From: Schmidtea polychroa
Taxonomy: Eukaryota
Direction: 5' to 3'
Assembly (NCBI GenBank): GCA_044892525.1
Contig: CM097887.1
Span: 10,230,001-10,294,000 of the forward strand
DNA: 64,000 bases
The notes below the pieces were generated by a model. The model was not told where the DNA came from and searched no databases. It worked only from the letters and a program-made list of their open reading frames with translations. The position numbers were made by a program, and so were the translations under genes. Below, in pieces: positions 12,701-26,458 of the stretch. Each line of letters starts with the position of its first letter. Position 1 is the first letter of the stretch.

Positions 12701-14934
12701 TACAAATCACTCAATCTGACTACCAAAATGGAATGCCAAAACCAAAATCTGATTACAATATAAAATCAGAGCCAAAGACAATCCAGAGGATTAACAACTA
12801 CTTTAGAGTCGAATTGATCACAAATCTTGATTTTTTTTTCATCTTTCCTACTATTGTTGTTGTATATCTTACAAATGGCATGCTCCATGCTGAGCATTAT
12901 CCGAGTGCAAAACATATATTTGTTATTATTAATAAACCTTATTCAACTTTGCGATAAAAAAATAAATATTACTTTATTCAAATTTCTTGATTATTAATAG
13001 TTGTCTTAAATACATTCACTTTAAGGATTTTGAAAGGTTTTGAAAGATAATATTCCTCATATTTTATTTTATCGTTATAATTATAGTTACTTTTGAAAAT
13101 GTCAAATAATTTTGTAACCCTGTTCAACACCATAATAATTTTAACTTATCTGAAAACATTAATTAACAATCAAAATAATTCAAAATATGTAGTGACTTAA
13201 TCTTTCAAATATCATCATTTGTTATCTAAAAAAACATCAGAATGTTTTTTTTAAAAAGATAAAATGTGTATGTGGAACACATTTATCAATCTATGAACAA
13301 TCGATATATAAATTATAATGAAAATTGATGCATTCTATGAGAAAAACATTTTTTCGCAAACTATGAGTATATTACCAAAGACCAATTTTTATTTTCTCTT
13401 CTAGGGAGATTTACGTACAAATGATAAAATTTTATAATATTAATGTTTTACTTGGGATGCAATGTAAAGATATATTCACAGCCTAATAATTTAATAGGTT
13501 AAATCATAGAAACTTTTGGAGTCTATCAATACATGTGTATTATGTGTGCCTAACGGTACAACTGAATTTTATATGCCACACCCAAAATGTCTAATGGACA
13601 CATCCCGGTCCTTAACGTAAAAATGGCGTATTATTATTGTGTTTTTAACTGATTATTGCGATTAATAAGTGTTTTCTTTCAATTAATCCAACTGAAAGAT
13701 TGAAAAGAAAACAACAGGACGGTAAATGACACTAGTGACAATGAACAGCAATAATAATTAGTAAGTGACCCTCGGTTATTTCTATTAGATTCTTCGTCCA
13801 AAAATGTTTATGCCAATAAAAAAGGCAAAATATGACGGTAGTTATATAGCATTTGGCTTCTCTTGAACAAGAAATGAAGATGAGTCCAATGGACTGCGTG
13901 TTGTGTGAAAAAAAATGAAGAACGGTGTCGTAAATTTTACTTAATTAAAAAGTCATTTGAAGTTTTATCATTCACATTTACGTAAAAAATCTTTGAATAT
14001 TTTAAACGTAAGCGTGACAAACTAAATAACATAAAAAGACGTTTTCAAAATATATGTATCTCGAAAATCAAAGTTCTCATATCGAATTGCTAAAAAATTG
14101 TGAGATACGCAATTACTAAAAAGTTAATAAAACCGTATATTAAAGATTTAATATTTTGCAAATTTGGTAACAAATATCTTAAAGAAATTGATAGCTTGTT
14201 ACATTGATACAACAGTCAAGCGATTAATTGAGTCTATGGAACATTATTATGATGAATACAAATTAATGTTTCGTTTAAAATCTTCCTATCATTTAACCAC
14301 ACAGTTTGTCCATTTTGATAGTGATGTTTCGAATTCAACAGTTCAATAAGATAAGAGAAGTTCTTCCAAAAAGAACTAACTAGGTTATATATTTTAGAAC
14401 GATATTTGTAAATATGGAACAGATTTGCTATTGGACAAGAACTAACTCTGATTTTGTTTTGTTCGTCTAGCACGAAAATATGGCAATAGGAACACATATA
14501 AACAGCTAAAACAAGGATATATAAAAGGGTAAAAATGAAAAATGTAATAACGAACTACACATGAGAAATAAAGTGATATTAAAGTAAAAAAAAATAAATT
14601 AAAGATTAAAATAAATGATTAAATTTAAATTAAAACTATGTTTTAATAGAAAGAAAATGATAAAAAAATTATCAAAAACCACAAAAAGAATTTTTCAATA
14701 AGTTGATATAACCTGATGTTTTATATTGTTTTATTATTATAAGCAGACGAGCGGAAGCCATAGCCAGGAAAAGTCGAAGCCTGAAATGGGCATGGTTTCC
14801 ACTAACTACATGAAGAGATTAAACAAAATGGCCAAAGCCAAAATAAAGCAGCACGAAGAAAACCAGGTGACTATCAAGTCATGATCAGGGATCTGTCACA
14901 GACGGTTGGGTTCACACAGCAAATCAGCAAATCA

Positions 14935-14936
<2 letters not shown>

Positions 14937-14972
<36 letters not shown>
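14937..14972. repeat. (TA)n microsatellite
   Basis: Direct reading. Confidence 0.95.
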
Positions 14973-14975
<3 letters not shown>

Positions 14976-15315
14976 CGATTTAATTTACTAATCAGTAATA
15001 TATCGATGTTTTTTAATACTCACGAATTTTCGGCACTGCTTTTTCAAGTGAATTTGATCATTATTGCATTTAACAATTGTTGTGGAAACATAAATTTATT
15101 TCGTATTTTATAATGAATTTATTGGTTTAATTATATTTTATTTTAATTACCCAAATAATATTTCCTATTTTTTGATTTTGAATATTTTATTTTATTAAAA
15201 AAAAGTTTTAATTTTTATATATTTTAATTTTAAATTTTAAATTTAAATCCAAATTCAAACCTGAATTTAAACTTAAATCCAAATTCCAATAAACGTCCCA
15301 GGGATTTTTTTTATT

Positions 15316-15570
15316 AATTTAGTTGAATGTTGATGGAAGGTTTAAGTTTTTTGATATACAGAGTCTCCGCGCCTAATCTTTGCAATGAATTTTTGAACGC
15401 ATCTTGTAACATTTTGCTTAGTGTAAGAGAAATGGTGTTGATTTGAGCACTTTTTCCAGTGTTCGTGATAATTGCTGGTTTTTCTTTTGACGTGTTCGTT
15501 GAGTCTTGTACGGAACGTTCTATGTGTTTCGCCTATGTAAATGCGTCACACCTTGTGCGAGTAACTTGGT
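15316..15570 (-). pseudogene. Penelope-like element GIY-YIG endonuclease fragment
   Basis: Minus-strand translation gives YQVT..CDA / YIGETHRTFRTRLNEH and, after frameshifts, ETLYIKKLKPSINIQ, typical of the PLE GIY-YIG C-terminus. Confidence 0.8.
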
Positions 15571-17149
15571 AAAAAATGTTTTTGAGAAGCAGAAACAATT
15601 GGTGGAGGATTGACATATACAATCTCGATGAAATAGGTCTGATGTTAGAGATTTTTGAGACTTAATTTATTTTAATTTGCAAAATATTGATAATATAAAT
15701 ATTTATAATTAAGTTACCTTTTTTTAACGTTAAAAAGTTAGTATAAATTATGACCCAAAAATTATAATCTTATTATTTAATTAATTTTAGTTTTTGTTTT
15801 ATCTTTAGAAATTACACAGCTAATTAAGAACAACCTTGTCGTATTTCATTGTTTAATTTTATTGATTTTGTTATTGTCATCTTATTCTCAACCTTGTTTC
15901 CAATAATTCTGGAATATTTCAGTTGTTTTATACATTTTTTTTAATAAAAAGCTTTAAAGTTTTTAACTCTGAAAAGGATAGTGGAAGTCCTTATTTAAAA
16001 GGTAACCAGCAGCAACAGACAGATCACTTTCATTTGTTTAATCAGATTTAGCATTATTGCTATTAGTGCATTTCCACTGAGTATCATCAATCATGTCAAG
16101 TACATTACTTTCCACATTAATCAATTAAATTAAAATGATCAACACCAGGAAAAATTATGTCATCAATCTCAATCAGCTTATCGATACACTTATCAACAGA
16201 AAGACTTAGAATATTCATTTTATCGAGTAAATAAATCAACCTTTCTATGTTGTTAAGAATGTTTAGCACATGATTACTTCTAGTTGTAGAAAAATAATTT
16301 CACATCAGATTTAGATTTGTATCAGTTAAATTATATGAAAAAAATTGCTTTATAATTTTTGGGGTCCTCACTTAAATTTGGACCTATGTTGCACACATGC
16401 ATCATCGTGCATTGGTAGCTAGCAATTAACCAATAAGAAAGTTCATTACTGAAAATGATATTGAATGATATCGAAATTAACATTTTCAAGGTTTATTTAT
16501 CTTCATTCGCAAGCCAACGGATCTAGGCCCAAACTCATAACAGATATATAATGCAATACGCCATTATTTGACTACAATTTTGAAATAAAGAATAAAAAAC
16601 CAACATGAAAAATGATAACGACTGGTTACACCCACAAAAGTCAAGTGTAGCATATTTCCATGTTATTTTAGAATACGTATCAAAAAATGCAATATACCTT
16701 TGGTGATCAAAAACATCGAAACAATATATTCGTTTAGTAGCAGATAATAGAAACTGAGAACATAACTACTTGATATGTTTAAAGCTCATAACGCAATTGA
16801 AATACAATTTACATAAAATGTCACAATAACAAGTCAACACAATATTCGTTTCTAAGTAGTATTTTTGAAAATCAACATGGGATATCAAACTGTAACAGTT
16901 GCATATTTGCAACAAAATGTATTAGATACTTAGAATCAAAAAATTCTTATAAAAATTTTATTAACTTCATATTTCAATAAATGTTGAAAACTTGTGTTTT
17001 TTTATGTACAACGCGGGGCTAAACAAGGTTGGTAGATTTTCAATAAGGAGATGGAAATGCGCAATTATATTTAATTTACAAAAACCTTCTGGTGAAAAAT
17101 TCCTCCTTTGGAGTGCCATGGTGTCATATTTTCACACATTTAATAAATA

Positions 17150-17372
17150 CCGTATATACTCGTGTATAAGCCGAGAAATTTTGGGCAATTGTTTAAGCTA
17201 ATTTTTTTCCATTCGGCTTATATACGGGTAACAAAAACCAATATTTTTTGCCAGCCAGATTTTAGCTATTTTTTTTATCTCGGCTTATATACGGGTACTT
17301 GATTTTGGACAAAAAATTGACTATAAAAACTCCGGCTTATATACGGATCGGCTTATACACGAGTATATACGG
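17150..17372. mobile_element. Tc1/mariner-superfamily (pogo/Tc2-like) MITE
   Basis: 25-bp TIRs CCGTATATACTCGTGTATAAGCCGA, TA TSD on both sides, and internal repeats of TCGGCTTATATACGG. Confidence 0.88.
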
Positions 17373-18699
17373 TAAGTCGTGTAGTTTTGTGACTCCACAA
17401 TCAAAGTAAATTTAGATAGTATGATATTGAACTCGCGAAACAAATATTAGCTTGGTCATAGCGTCTAAGATCTTAATTACATTCACACTAATCTTTTAAC
17501 TCCTTGCAGCCAAGTGAGCAAAATAAATTGAACACCAGTTAATATTAGGAGTTTCTCAGTGATTAACGCGACTCATACAAATAAATATCGAATCCTATAG
17601 ACAATAATCAAAAGAAAACAAATAAGAAAGTATGACACTGTAAATTTGAAGATAGTATGATAACCAAATTCAGATAGATCAATTTTATTCATGATAATAA
17701 TCACTACAAGCATAAGATAAGGTTAGGGTTAGAGTACTGTTGGGACAACACTTTAAGCCTTTTCCGACAAACCGCCATAGCTCTAGGATTCCAGATTCAA
17801 CGGGCAGATGTAAACCCAAGTATAGAGCTCGCCGTAGAGCCTGAAAGAAGGTCCGAGTCGCTTGGCAGGCCCTCCGAAGCATCCAGATGTCATGAGAACC
17901 CATGAAGAGTGATGAAGTGCCCATACTAATAGGTTTAGTTAAATCAGTCATTTCAATTAATTAAGTAAATTTTCAATGATATGCGAGAATGGTAATCTAT
18001 AAAACCATGTACGGGTTGATAATTTATTTTGTTTCTATAGCATCAGTTAATCTTGACTCCGAAACTCCAAATGATCTTACCATCAGTATACGTAAGGTTA
18101 AAGTCACTGGCAGCCATGCTGGACATGAATAACGGGGTTGAATTTTTCATAACTGGGATTATTAATCTTTTGTCTCACCTTTGTATGTTGCTGGACGTTA
18201 ATTATTGTCTTATATTTTAAAAATTTAATCAGGTCCGTGTCAATCTTTAAATATTTTCATTAAGTTCGGGACAAGAAATATTATATCCGTTCCCAGTTCA
18301 ATCCAGAAAATATTTATTGCCAGATAAATAAAGTAACTTTAGCTTTGAATGAATAACTTTTTTGTTCTACTTAATTATTTTGTTTTCTTTGCCATTAAAA
18401 ATTCTCTTCATAAGGCTCAGCTTATTATTAATTGATTATATGTTTAACGTTTGATATATTGCCGAAAATATATAAATGAATCACGTAGCTACAGGGACTG
18501 GCATGCGTATGGTGTAAAAATATTTCGAATTTTTAATTTTTGGGATCAAAAAAGGAAATGTCAATTGATTGGTGTTGGATGATGAGGGTAGACCCATCGA
18601 CACATTCGTCCTATCTAAATATTATAGGACAAGGCCAAATAGATACCGAGTTAATATATAATCGGAATAGAGTGCAATCAATTATTTTGAAATATATTT

Positions 18700-19250
18700 T
18701 TGGCATATAATGTCACAGAAGAACGCAAGACTTCGTTGAACGAGAAATATTCCCAAGGATTCGGATTCATAAAAAAAGCTGATAATAATGAATGCAGGGC
18801 GTTTTTACATTGTGCTCTACACAGTTTTCAATTGCCAATGAAGGACTCCGAGATATTATGCAACATATTGAAAGAAACGGAGATCAAAATTGTATTAGAA
18901 TAAAAAGGTCTCGGATTTTTGTAAACAGCTTGAAGGCACTGATAATGAGCTAATTATTGCAGCAAAAGAATCAATATTTGCATTCCATACAGCAATGTAC
19001 AATTTGTCATTCCGCTCAAGTCTAATTCGAAATATTTTTGAATCAAAATTCTCCTTAGCCCTGACTAAAACAGCTGCAATAATTACAAATGTTATTGCAC
19101 CACTATGAAAGATGACATTAAGAATAGACATTTCATCAAGATCATGACTGACACATTAAACTACAAAAATTTTAAGTTGTTGCTTGTAGTCCTTAGATGG
19201 TTTGACCCGGTAAAAGGTGTTGTTAATTAAGCTCACAAATTTTGATTGTT
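18700..19250 (+). pseudogene. Decayed hAT-like transposase fragment
   Basis: AAKESIFAFHTAMYNLSFRS...KTAAIITNVIAP and LVVLRWFDPVKGVV resemble hAT transposase N-terminal/insertion motifs. Multiple stops. Confidence 0.45.
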
Positions 19251-20889
19251 TGATAAAAAATTTATACAAGTCTAAACTTTCTTATATTAATCTAAGAAAG
19301 CAGTGAACGTCGGTATCACTGAAGTCATTTTTTATGTCCCAACAACACATTGGAATAAATCTTATTAATCAATTGAGTCTATTAGTATGGAAGTTAATGA
19401 ATAAGAATGGATATTAGAGTATTTAACTTACTAAGACCTTACTTGAGGATATGATTAACAACACCTTAATTAATTAAGGAAAAAATTGAATAATATTTTG
19501 GGGAAATCAAATGAAACATATTTCAATAAATAATTCATTTTGAAAGTGATTTGACAAACAGATTTCACACAGGGAAAATAATAGGAACCAAGAATTCAGA
19601 CATTTATCACAAATTGAGGGATTTTAAATTTAAAATTGAGCGCTCTAAGTGCAGCTAATCAAAATTAAATATGTACTTATATATGAAAATACAATTTAAA
19701 ATTAAAATATCAAGAATCTCTGATTCAAAAAAAAATGAGACACACTTAGAAATAAACAGTACATCTGTTATATGTAAGTCTCCAGTTCAATTCCTTCAAT
19801 ATTCAATGAACTACATAAAGTTTCCGGTTAAATTCAAGGTACATTTATTGTAGTTAAATTATTTCTTAAAACGGGTCAGCTTGATACCTGAGGCCAGAAA
19901 TAGTGCCGAGAATAACTCGGAGATATTATTATGCGAACATATATGTTCTACTTAATACAGTTTTTTTATTTGTTAATATAGTATTTTTATTTGTTGATAT
20001 TGTTTTTTATATAAGAAATGCTATAATTTAAATCCTACTTCTTCAGGAGCCCGTTAGTTTAAAAGTCTATCGATATAAAATTTAAGATGTGATGCCGATA
20101 AAATCTTAGTGATATTCTAAGGTTGGTGAACAAAGAACTGAATTGCAATGATAAATTTACGTTCATTAATTGTAATAAAGGCAGTACATTAAAGGATGAA
20201 GTAACGAATAAAATACTGATCGGATGCACATCATATTTTCAGAAAATTTAGAAGCAAAAAAAGATTTAAATGGCGAATCTCAAAGTAAAACACAATAATA
20301 ACAAATGGAATAGAATCTGAAGTGATTTATGCTCTGCTCATCATCAATCGCGATTGTGCAAATCCAGATTAGGCTAATACAAAGGAGATGAGGAATTTAC
20401 CTCAGTCAACAAATATCAAACAAATCAAATCTGACAGCCTACTACAGGAAATTTACTATAATTTTTTCAACAATTGGTTTACAATATACTACTTTAGAGA
20501 AATGAGTAATATTTATGTGAGAAGAGGAACAACAAACTTTGATAAGCTAAAAATGTGTAAAATTTACAGATTTTAAAAGACAAATTATGGGAATGACAAA
20601 TGTCAATCAAAGGGCAAATATAAAAAATATATGTATCTAAGTAATGGAAAAATAAATCAGACAAAGGTATTCTAACGCACAATCGTTTTCAATTACATTG
20701 TTCAATTGATCATTAATTTCAATGTCAAGAATAAAGAATACGTTTCAGAATGAATGTTTTCAATAGTGGTTAGGAAACTTTAAAATGTCTCTGATTCAGG
20801 AATTTTAACTTGAATAAATATTTCGACTAGATTTTCATTAAAAAGTCACTAAAAGATAAAATTTTCGTTTATCAGCTGTTGATGGCTCA

Positions 20890-22910
20890 GGCCACAACTG
20901 GAACAGATATCCCCAGGGGGATAAGAATATTTTTTCTAAAATTCCTAGTATTTTTATGTACGTCAAATAAATTTTTTTAATTTTACATAATAGTATTGTC
21001 AGATTATTATATTAGGTAGTTTGCATGTAAGATTTCTTAGTATTTATATTCATAACACTGTATATTTTTCCAGGTTTTTTGGTTACCGAAGTTATGATCC
21101 AGAACACACCAAAGAAAAAGTGCAGACAGTATTCAGTTGAATATTTGAAATTCGGCTTTATTGTCGCTCCTCATAATGATCAAAAGCCTTTGTGTCTTAT
21201 TTGTGAGAAAGAACTCTCTAACAAGACTTTCCGAACAACTTAAAAAAGTGCATTATGATAAGGCGAACCAAGATCTATCATACTTTCAAGCTTTAAGAGA
21301 CAAATTAAGGCAAAGAAAATTTATGGTCTTTTTTTCTGACAAAACAAGCACAAAAAGCTGACCATGGAATCGTTTGTTCTTACAATATTGCCAAACTAAT
21401 TACAAAAATCCGCATTCAATTGGAGAGAAGCTTCTTTTACCGGTCGTAGAAGTGTTACACGCAGTAGTACATAATAGCTGTCATATTCCTCTATTCTATT
21501 CCTCTCAGTGATGATACTGTTCAATGAAGATATTGAAGGAGCTCGTTTTATTAAAGATAATGAAGTAATGCAAGAATTACTGTTTGCTAAGGAGTAGGAA
21601 ACCGAAACTCGAAGTGCATCTATTTTTACGGCAGTTGAGCAATTCTTCAAAGAACAAGATATATCAATGAAAAACATCATTGATTGTGCTACAGATGGTG
21701 CTCCCGCATTAACAGGAAAACATAAGGGATTTCTTTCTCATTTAAAAAATGCAGTACCAGACGTTTTTACGATACACTGTGTAATTCATCTACAGCATTT
21801 GGTTGCCAAAAACTTGAGCTGTCGTCTTTATAATTTCCTGAGCATTGTTGTAAAATCAGTGAATAAAATTAAGAACCAAGTTCTCAATACTCGAATATTA
21901 CGTCAATTGTGTGTTGAGAATAACAAAGAATTTGACCGTCTCCTTCTACTTACAGAGGCGTGATAGTTATCCAAAGGAAACTGATTAAAACGATTTTATT
22001 CTCTATTCGACACAGCCGTGTAAATAAATGCAGTGATTTGAATGATGATCTCTTGGCATGCAAAATAGATATCGCGTATTTAACTGATTTATTCTAGATA
22101 TTCAACGATTTAAATTTACAATTACAGGATGATGATATAAGCCTCATTAAGACGAAATCTAAAATTTATAATTTCATAGAAAAGCTGTGTTTCCTCAGAG
22201 AAAACATTTGTCGTCGGAATTTGTCTCATTTTCCAACTCTTAAACTACAAATTGATGACACTGATACTTCTATAGTGGATGACGATCTCTTGATTTATTG
22301 TGATCACTTGAAATCTCTACAAGAGAACATGATTGAAAGATTCCAAGATCTTATAAATATGAAAAAACCCTGACTGGATGTTAAATCAATTTACTTATGT
22401 TCGTGCAAGTGACACTAATCTTGCAATTCAAGGAGACTTAATTGCTGTAAAGAACGACTTTCAACTGAAACCTCTCTTTAAAAAAATCGTACGCTGATTT
22501 TTGGTTGCAGAAAGAAATTCCTGAAAAATATCCAAATTGTGGGAGGCAATTAAACTTTATTTCCTTGCTTTCCCATCGTTTACATGATTGAACGTGAATT
22601 TAGTCCGGTTTCTAAACTTCTTACCAAACAAAGAAATCGCCTGAAAATTGTCCAAAGGGGAGATTTGAGACAACTAATCAACATCGAACCTATAGTGAGT
22701 GAATTTGTAGCGAAACATCAGTGTCATCTATCTCATTAACAGTTCTGAATAAAAGTTGAGTTTATCAATCATTGTTCTGCACCATTAAAATTTATTTACA
22801 TGTAATACATTTTGCAATAAATAAATTTTATATATATTATACAATTAAATAATCTTGGCAAATCGGATTATGCCTTAAGGGGGCGATGGTTAAAAAAGTT
22901 TGAGACACTG
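20890..22910 (+). mobile_element. Decayed Buster-type hAT (transposase relic 21094-22738)
   Basis: KKKCRQYSVEYLKFGF..PLCLICEK, CATDGAPALTG, HCVIHLQHLVAK, ending HQCHLSH*. Right end AAAAAAGTTTGAGACACTG (22910). The left TIR is degraded, so that boundary is approximate. Confidence 0.8.
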
Positions 22911-23898
22911 ATATAGACGAACCCGATGATAATTCGAGTCCATTTATTTTGTTCGTCAAACAATAAATCAAATATTGATTTGAAAGATTTTCGTTTTTAA
23001 AATTAATTGATATTTTAGGAGTGTGGCATCTATGATCTTCTCTGTGCGATTGATCAAGTACTGGATGCTATTGAGGATTTCAATGTTCTGATTTCCACTG
23101 ACGACCTCATTTAATAAATTAATATAAAATTTAGTTTGTGACATTTTATGATGTAGTTTAGAACTGTTTGATTACATAGTTAGTCAATTGAAATCAGAAT
23201 AAATACAGTTGTATGATTAACAAATGCATGACTAATAAACACATGTGCAATGCAAATTCAAATTAACTATCGCGTGGTTAATAAAATTTGTGGATTAAGA
23301 GTATACCTGCGCGCGGGGTTATATAAATTGGAGTTGACCGTCCGTAAAAAAACCTTTTAAAATGACCCTTGCAATACCTACCCTGAGAGAAACCCTTCGA
23401 AATGAGCTACTGATCATCGAAATAATTGCTGTCCTATACTTGTTAAATTATTATTATTATTTTAGTAGAATGTTATATTTTTATCATAATTACGAGTCAA
23501 AACAGAACCTCAATTAGGTTTTGTTTTTACTCCCGTTATGGTGCCCTTAACGTCAAGAAATAAAATTCTTTAAAAAACTATAGTAAATTATCGCTATAGA
23601 AAAAAATTTAAAAAAATCAATAGTCTAAAGTTATCAGATTACTAACTTACGAATATTATCTGAAATTTCGTCCAGATCTGCAGGAAATAATTAAAAAATA
23701 TATCTAGCTACAGTTATCTGACAATAGAAGGATTTCGAAAAATTTTCTAAAGTAGAATTCCTCGCAAACCTCCAAAAGAAAATTCCTCAGAAACCATTCT
23801 ATACCACTATAAGGTTTTTTATTTTTTATAAATAAAGTTTGTAGTTTCAATTTATTGTTATTATTATTTAGTTAAATTATATTAATTTTATTCAAACT

Positions 23899-23965
23899 TA
23901 CATACATTCACCCCAGCTGTCCCGAGACAGTTTATTAACAGGTGACTCGGCTGGGCTCTTCAAAT
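23899..23965. repeat. Conserved GC-rich structured module, second copy at 54021-54085
   Basis: CATACATTCACC(C)CAGCTGTCCCGAGACAG-linker-GGTGACTCGGCTGGG-(C/G)CTTCAAAT occurs in both places. Confidence 0.8.
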
Positions 23966-24166
23966 TTCTCTACATAAGCACTCATTTACAAACATAACTA
24001 AAATATATTTTATACAAGCAGTTATAATTAGGTATATACACTTAATACCCACTTACTTCATCAGTAGCGCGTACGAACGTATTATCAAACTAACAACAAC
24101 TTTCATCATTTTCTCTTTGGTTAGTTTTTTGTGTTTCAGTCTCCAGTTTTCAATGAAATAATTGTT

Positions 24167-24380
24167 GGTAATAGCTAATTATTGGGGGTGGGGTAAAAAA
24201 ATTATTATAAATAAAATATTAAAAAATAAGATAATAGTAAAAGATTTGAGAAATAATATACATTAAAGAATCAGCTTATCACACATTGAAAAGCATGTAA
24301 AAATCTCGGATTTGCAATATTAATTGAATTATTTCGTCATTTTTAGTTTTTTTAACCTCCCCCAATACTTAACTGTTACC
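24167..24380. mobile_element. Degenerate MITE, Merlin-like
   Basis: About 35-bp imperfect TIRs GGTAA(T/C)AG(C/T)TAA(T/G)TATTGGGGG. 8-bp TSD TAATTGTT / TAATAGTT (7/8). Confidence 0.65.
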
Positions 24381-25303
24381 TAATAGTTATTTTATGCTTG
24401 GTAAATTATTATTATTATTATTATTATATAATTTTTCGAACTATTAAGCTATATCCAAATTTATCAACATGAATCACAGCTTGTTAACACAAATGAAAAT
24501 GAGATTCAGGAGAAACGTCAGAAATTACGCGTAAAGCTGTCACGCCAATAATCCTTACAAGAGTAATAAACCTCACGCTCGTAAGTGTTGGAAATACCAA
24601 CATATTATTATTATATTGTAAATATTATTCATCCAAATTTATTCAATTCAATCGCAATTTTCACAAATTTAATTTTAAGGTGAACGATATAACGATCTTC
24701 TTTAGGGTCAAGGAGATTTTACAAATAATAATTGAAGAAAGCATCGCTCAACTTTAGGATTTTGCAGGATGCATATTATCCCGGTATTTATTAATTATAT
24801 ATCTATATATATCGCTACCATTTATAAGCTTTAAAACATAGTCATTGATTGATTTTATAGCATTGATATTGATTGTTATTGATAGTATTTTGATTTTGAT
24901 TTTTTAATTAATTTTATCTTTAGTCTACCATTTTGGCTTGAAATTGCAAAAATATATGCTGGTGTTACATGTATGTCATACAAAAAGTCAATAGTTGAAA
25001 GCGTTAAGGGATAGAACTTATTTTATCATTATAAACTGCAATACGTAAATAACTGCCTGGATGGAGACTTTTAGTAGCCTGGTGTATATCTAGCAATTGA
25101 CAGATGGTGAGAATTAATTTTCTGACATACTACAGTTAATCTTGTTAGTTTATTGATTCGCAAAAGTCACTGCTGGAGGATTAATTTCTTCAATGTTTTT
25201 CAATCAATATCGATTAAAGCTTGTTGATTTTAATTGCTGTCTGCGGTAACTATTATTCCTTTTATAATAATTTATTTTTTTGTACTTTGTAATTAATATT
25301 TAC

Positions 25304-25363
<60 letters not shown>
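25304..25363. repeat. (TAA)20 microsatellite, left flank of LTR element
   Basis: Direct reading. Confidence 0.95.
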
Positions 25364-25365
<2 letters not shown>

Positions 25366-26120
25366 TTGGGTTTATGTGCAAGTCGGTATCAAGACTAATA
25401 CAAGTACACTTTTTGATTACACTCTTTTTTGAACAATTACAATCTTTAATAACTCTTTGATCTGCACTTTTCAATAATACAATAAATCTCACGTAGGGAT
25501 AATCTTCCAACGGGAGATGTCCCTTTCTGGTACGTTCGATTTCAAAATATCTAATTATAACAACTGTTAAATCCTTTTACTCACTCGTTTAATTCTACTA
25601 AATTTTCGACCACCTGGCAATTATATTTCTTTGCTGGTTCCTTTTATACTTGACCCGTCAATTGATTTTAATTCGTCAAGCCCTTCGTATCCAATTTCCC
25701 GGGCTTCCTCCTATCTCTTTCTCTCATTGTCCTAATTTAATTTTCGTCGACCGATCTAATTTCCCCTTTGATCTACCATTTAGGCTCTCCCATGACACTA
25801 GGGCTTTCCATTATCTCGGGTTTCCCATTAGCTCGGGTTCTCCATTAGCTCGGATTTCCCATTAGCTCGGGCTTCCCATTAGTTAATTAATTTTTGTTTT
25901 TTGTAATTTATTCTTTCTAGGGACCCCCCATTGATTTTATTATATTTGAACTCGTCTCATAATTTGGCATCCGCCCATACCAGTTTCCTCCGAAATTATT
26001 CAATTTTTGTTTTTTTGATTATTTTAATTAATATCTTTGTATTTTACATTTATTATTATGAATTTGGTGTTTTCATTGATTTTCACCTCAATTTTGCATC
26101 TCTTTTATTGAACCCCAACA
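25364..26120 (-). repeat. 3' LTR (757 bp)
   Basis: Matches 47579-48380 apart from about a dozen substitutions and several indels (62-bp deletion, two extra 17-bp repeats). Confidence 0.96.
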
Positions 26121-26133
26121 TATCTCCCCCTTT
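26121..26133 (-). other. Polypurine tract
   Basis: Minus strand reads AAAGGGGGAGATA immediately before the 3' LTR TG. Confidence 0.85.
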
Positions 26134-26458
26134 AATATAGATTCGTCCTCGAATCTGTACATTTCTTATAGCTGAAATAATAACAATACAGAGCTATGAC
26201 GAAATATATTTAAAATCTTGAAATAATATATGTAAAAACTTGAAACAATATATTTAAAATCTTGAAATAATATATTTAAAATCTTGAAACAATATATCTA
26301 AAAACTTATATTGAAATTTAAAAACTTATATCGATATTTTAAAAACTTCCAAACAATAAATATTAGATTCAATCCAAGAAGCTTTAATGCGCAGTCCATT
26401 CTTTTTAAGCTAATTCATATATAACAAAGAAATCACAAATAACGAAATATCGATTTAT

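Noticed and set aside
13440-14480. Possible CACTA/EnSpm transposase relic (YKLMFRLKSSYHLTTQFVHF)
   Set aside because: Resemblance to the HxLxHL..GP motif is too weak, and no termini were found.
14740-14936. Possible RTE LINE 3' end (RKSRSLKWAW) before (TA)n
   Set aside because: A single short motif, insufficient to call.
20230-20560. Possible piggyBac transposase relic (FFNNWFT)
   Set aside because: One partial motif, no TTAA-flanked TIRs.
25262-25510. Poly-Leu, poly-Asn, poly-Ile and poly-X ORFs in the ORF track (also 48206, 61319, 61877, 63257)
   Set aside because: Translations of microsatellites, LTR sequence or the N gap.
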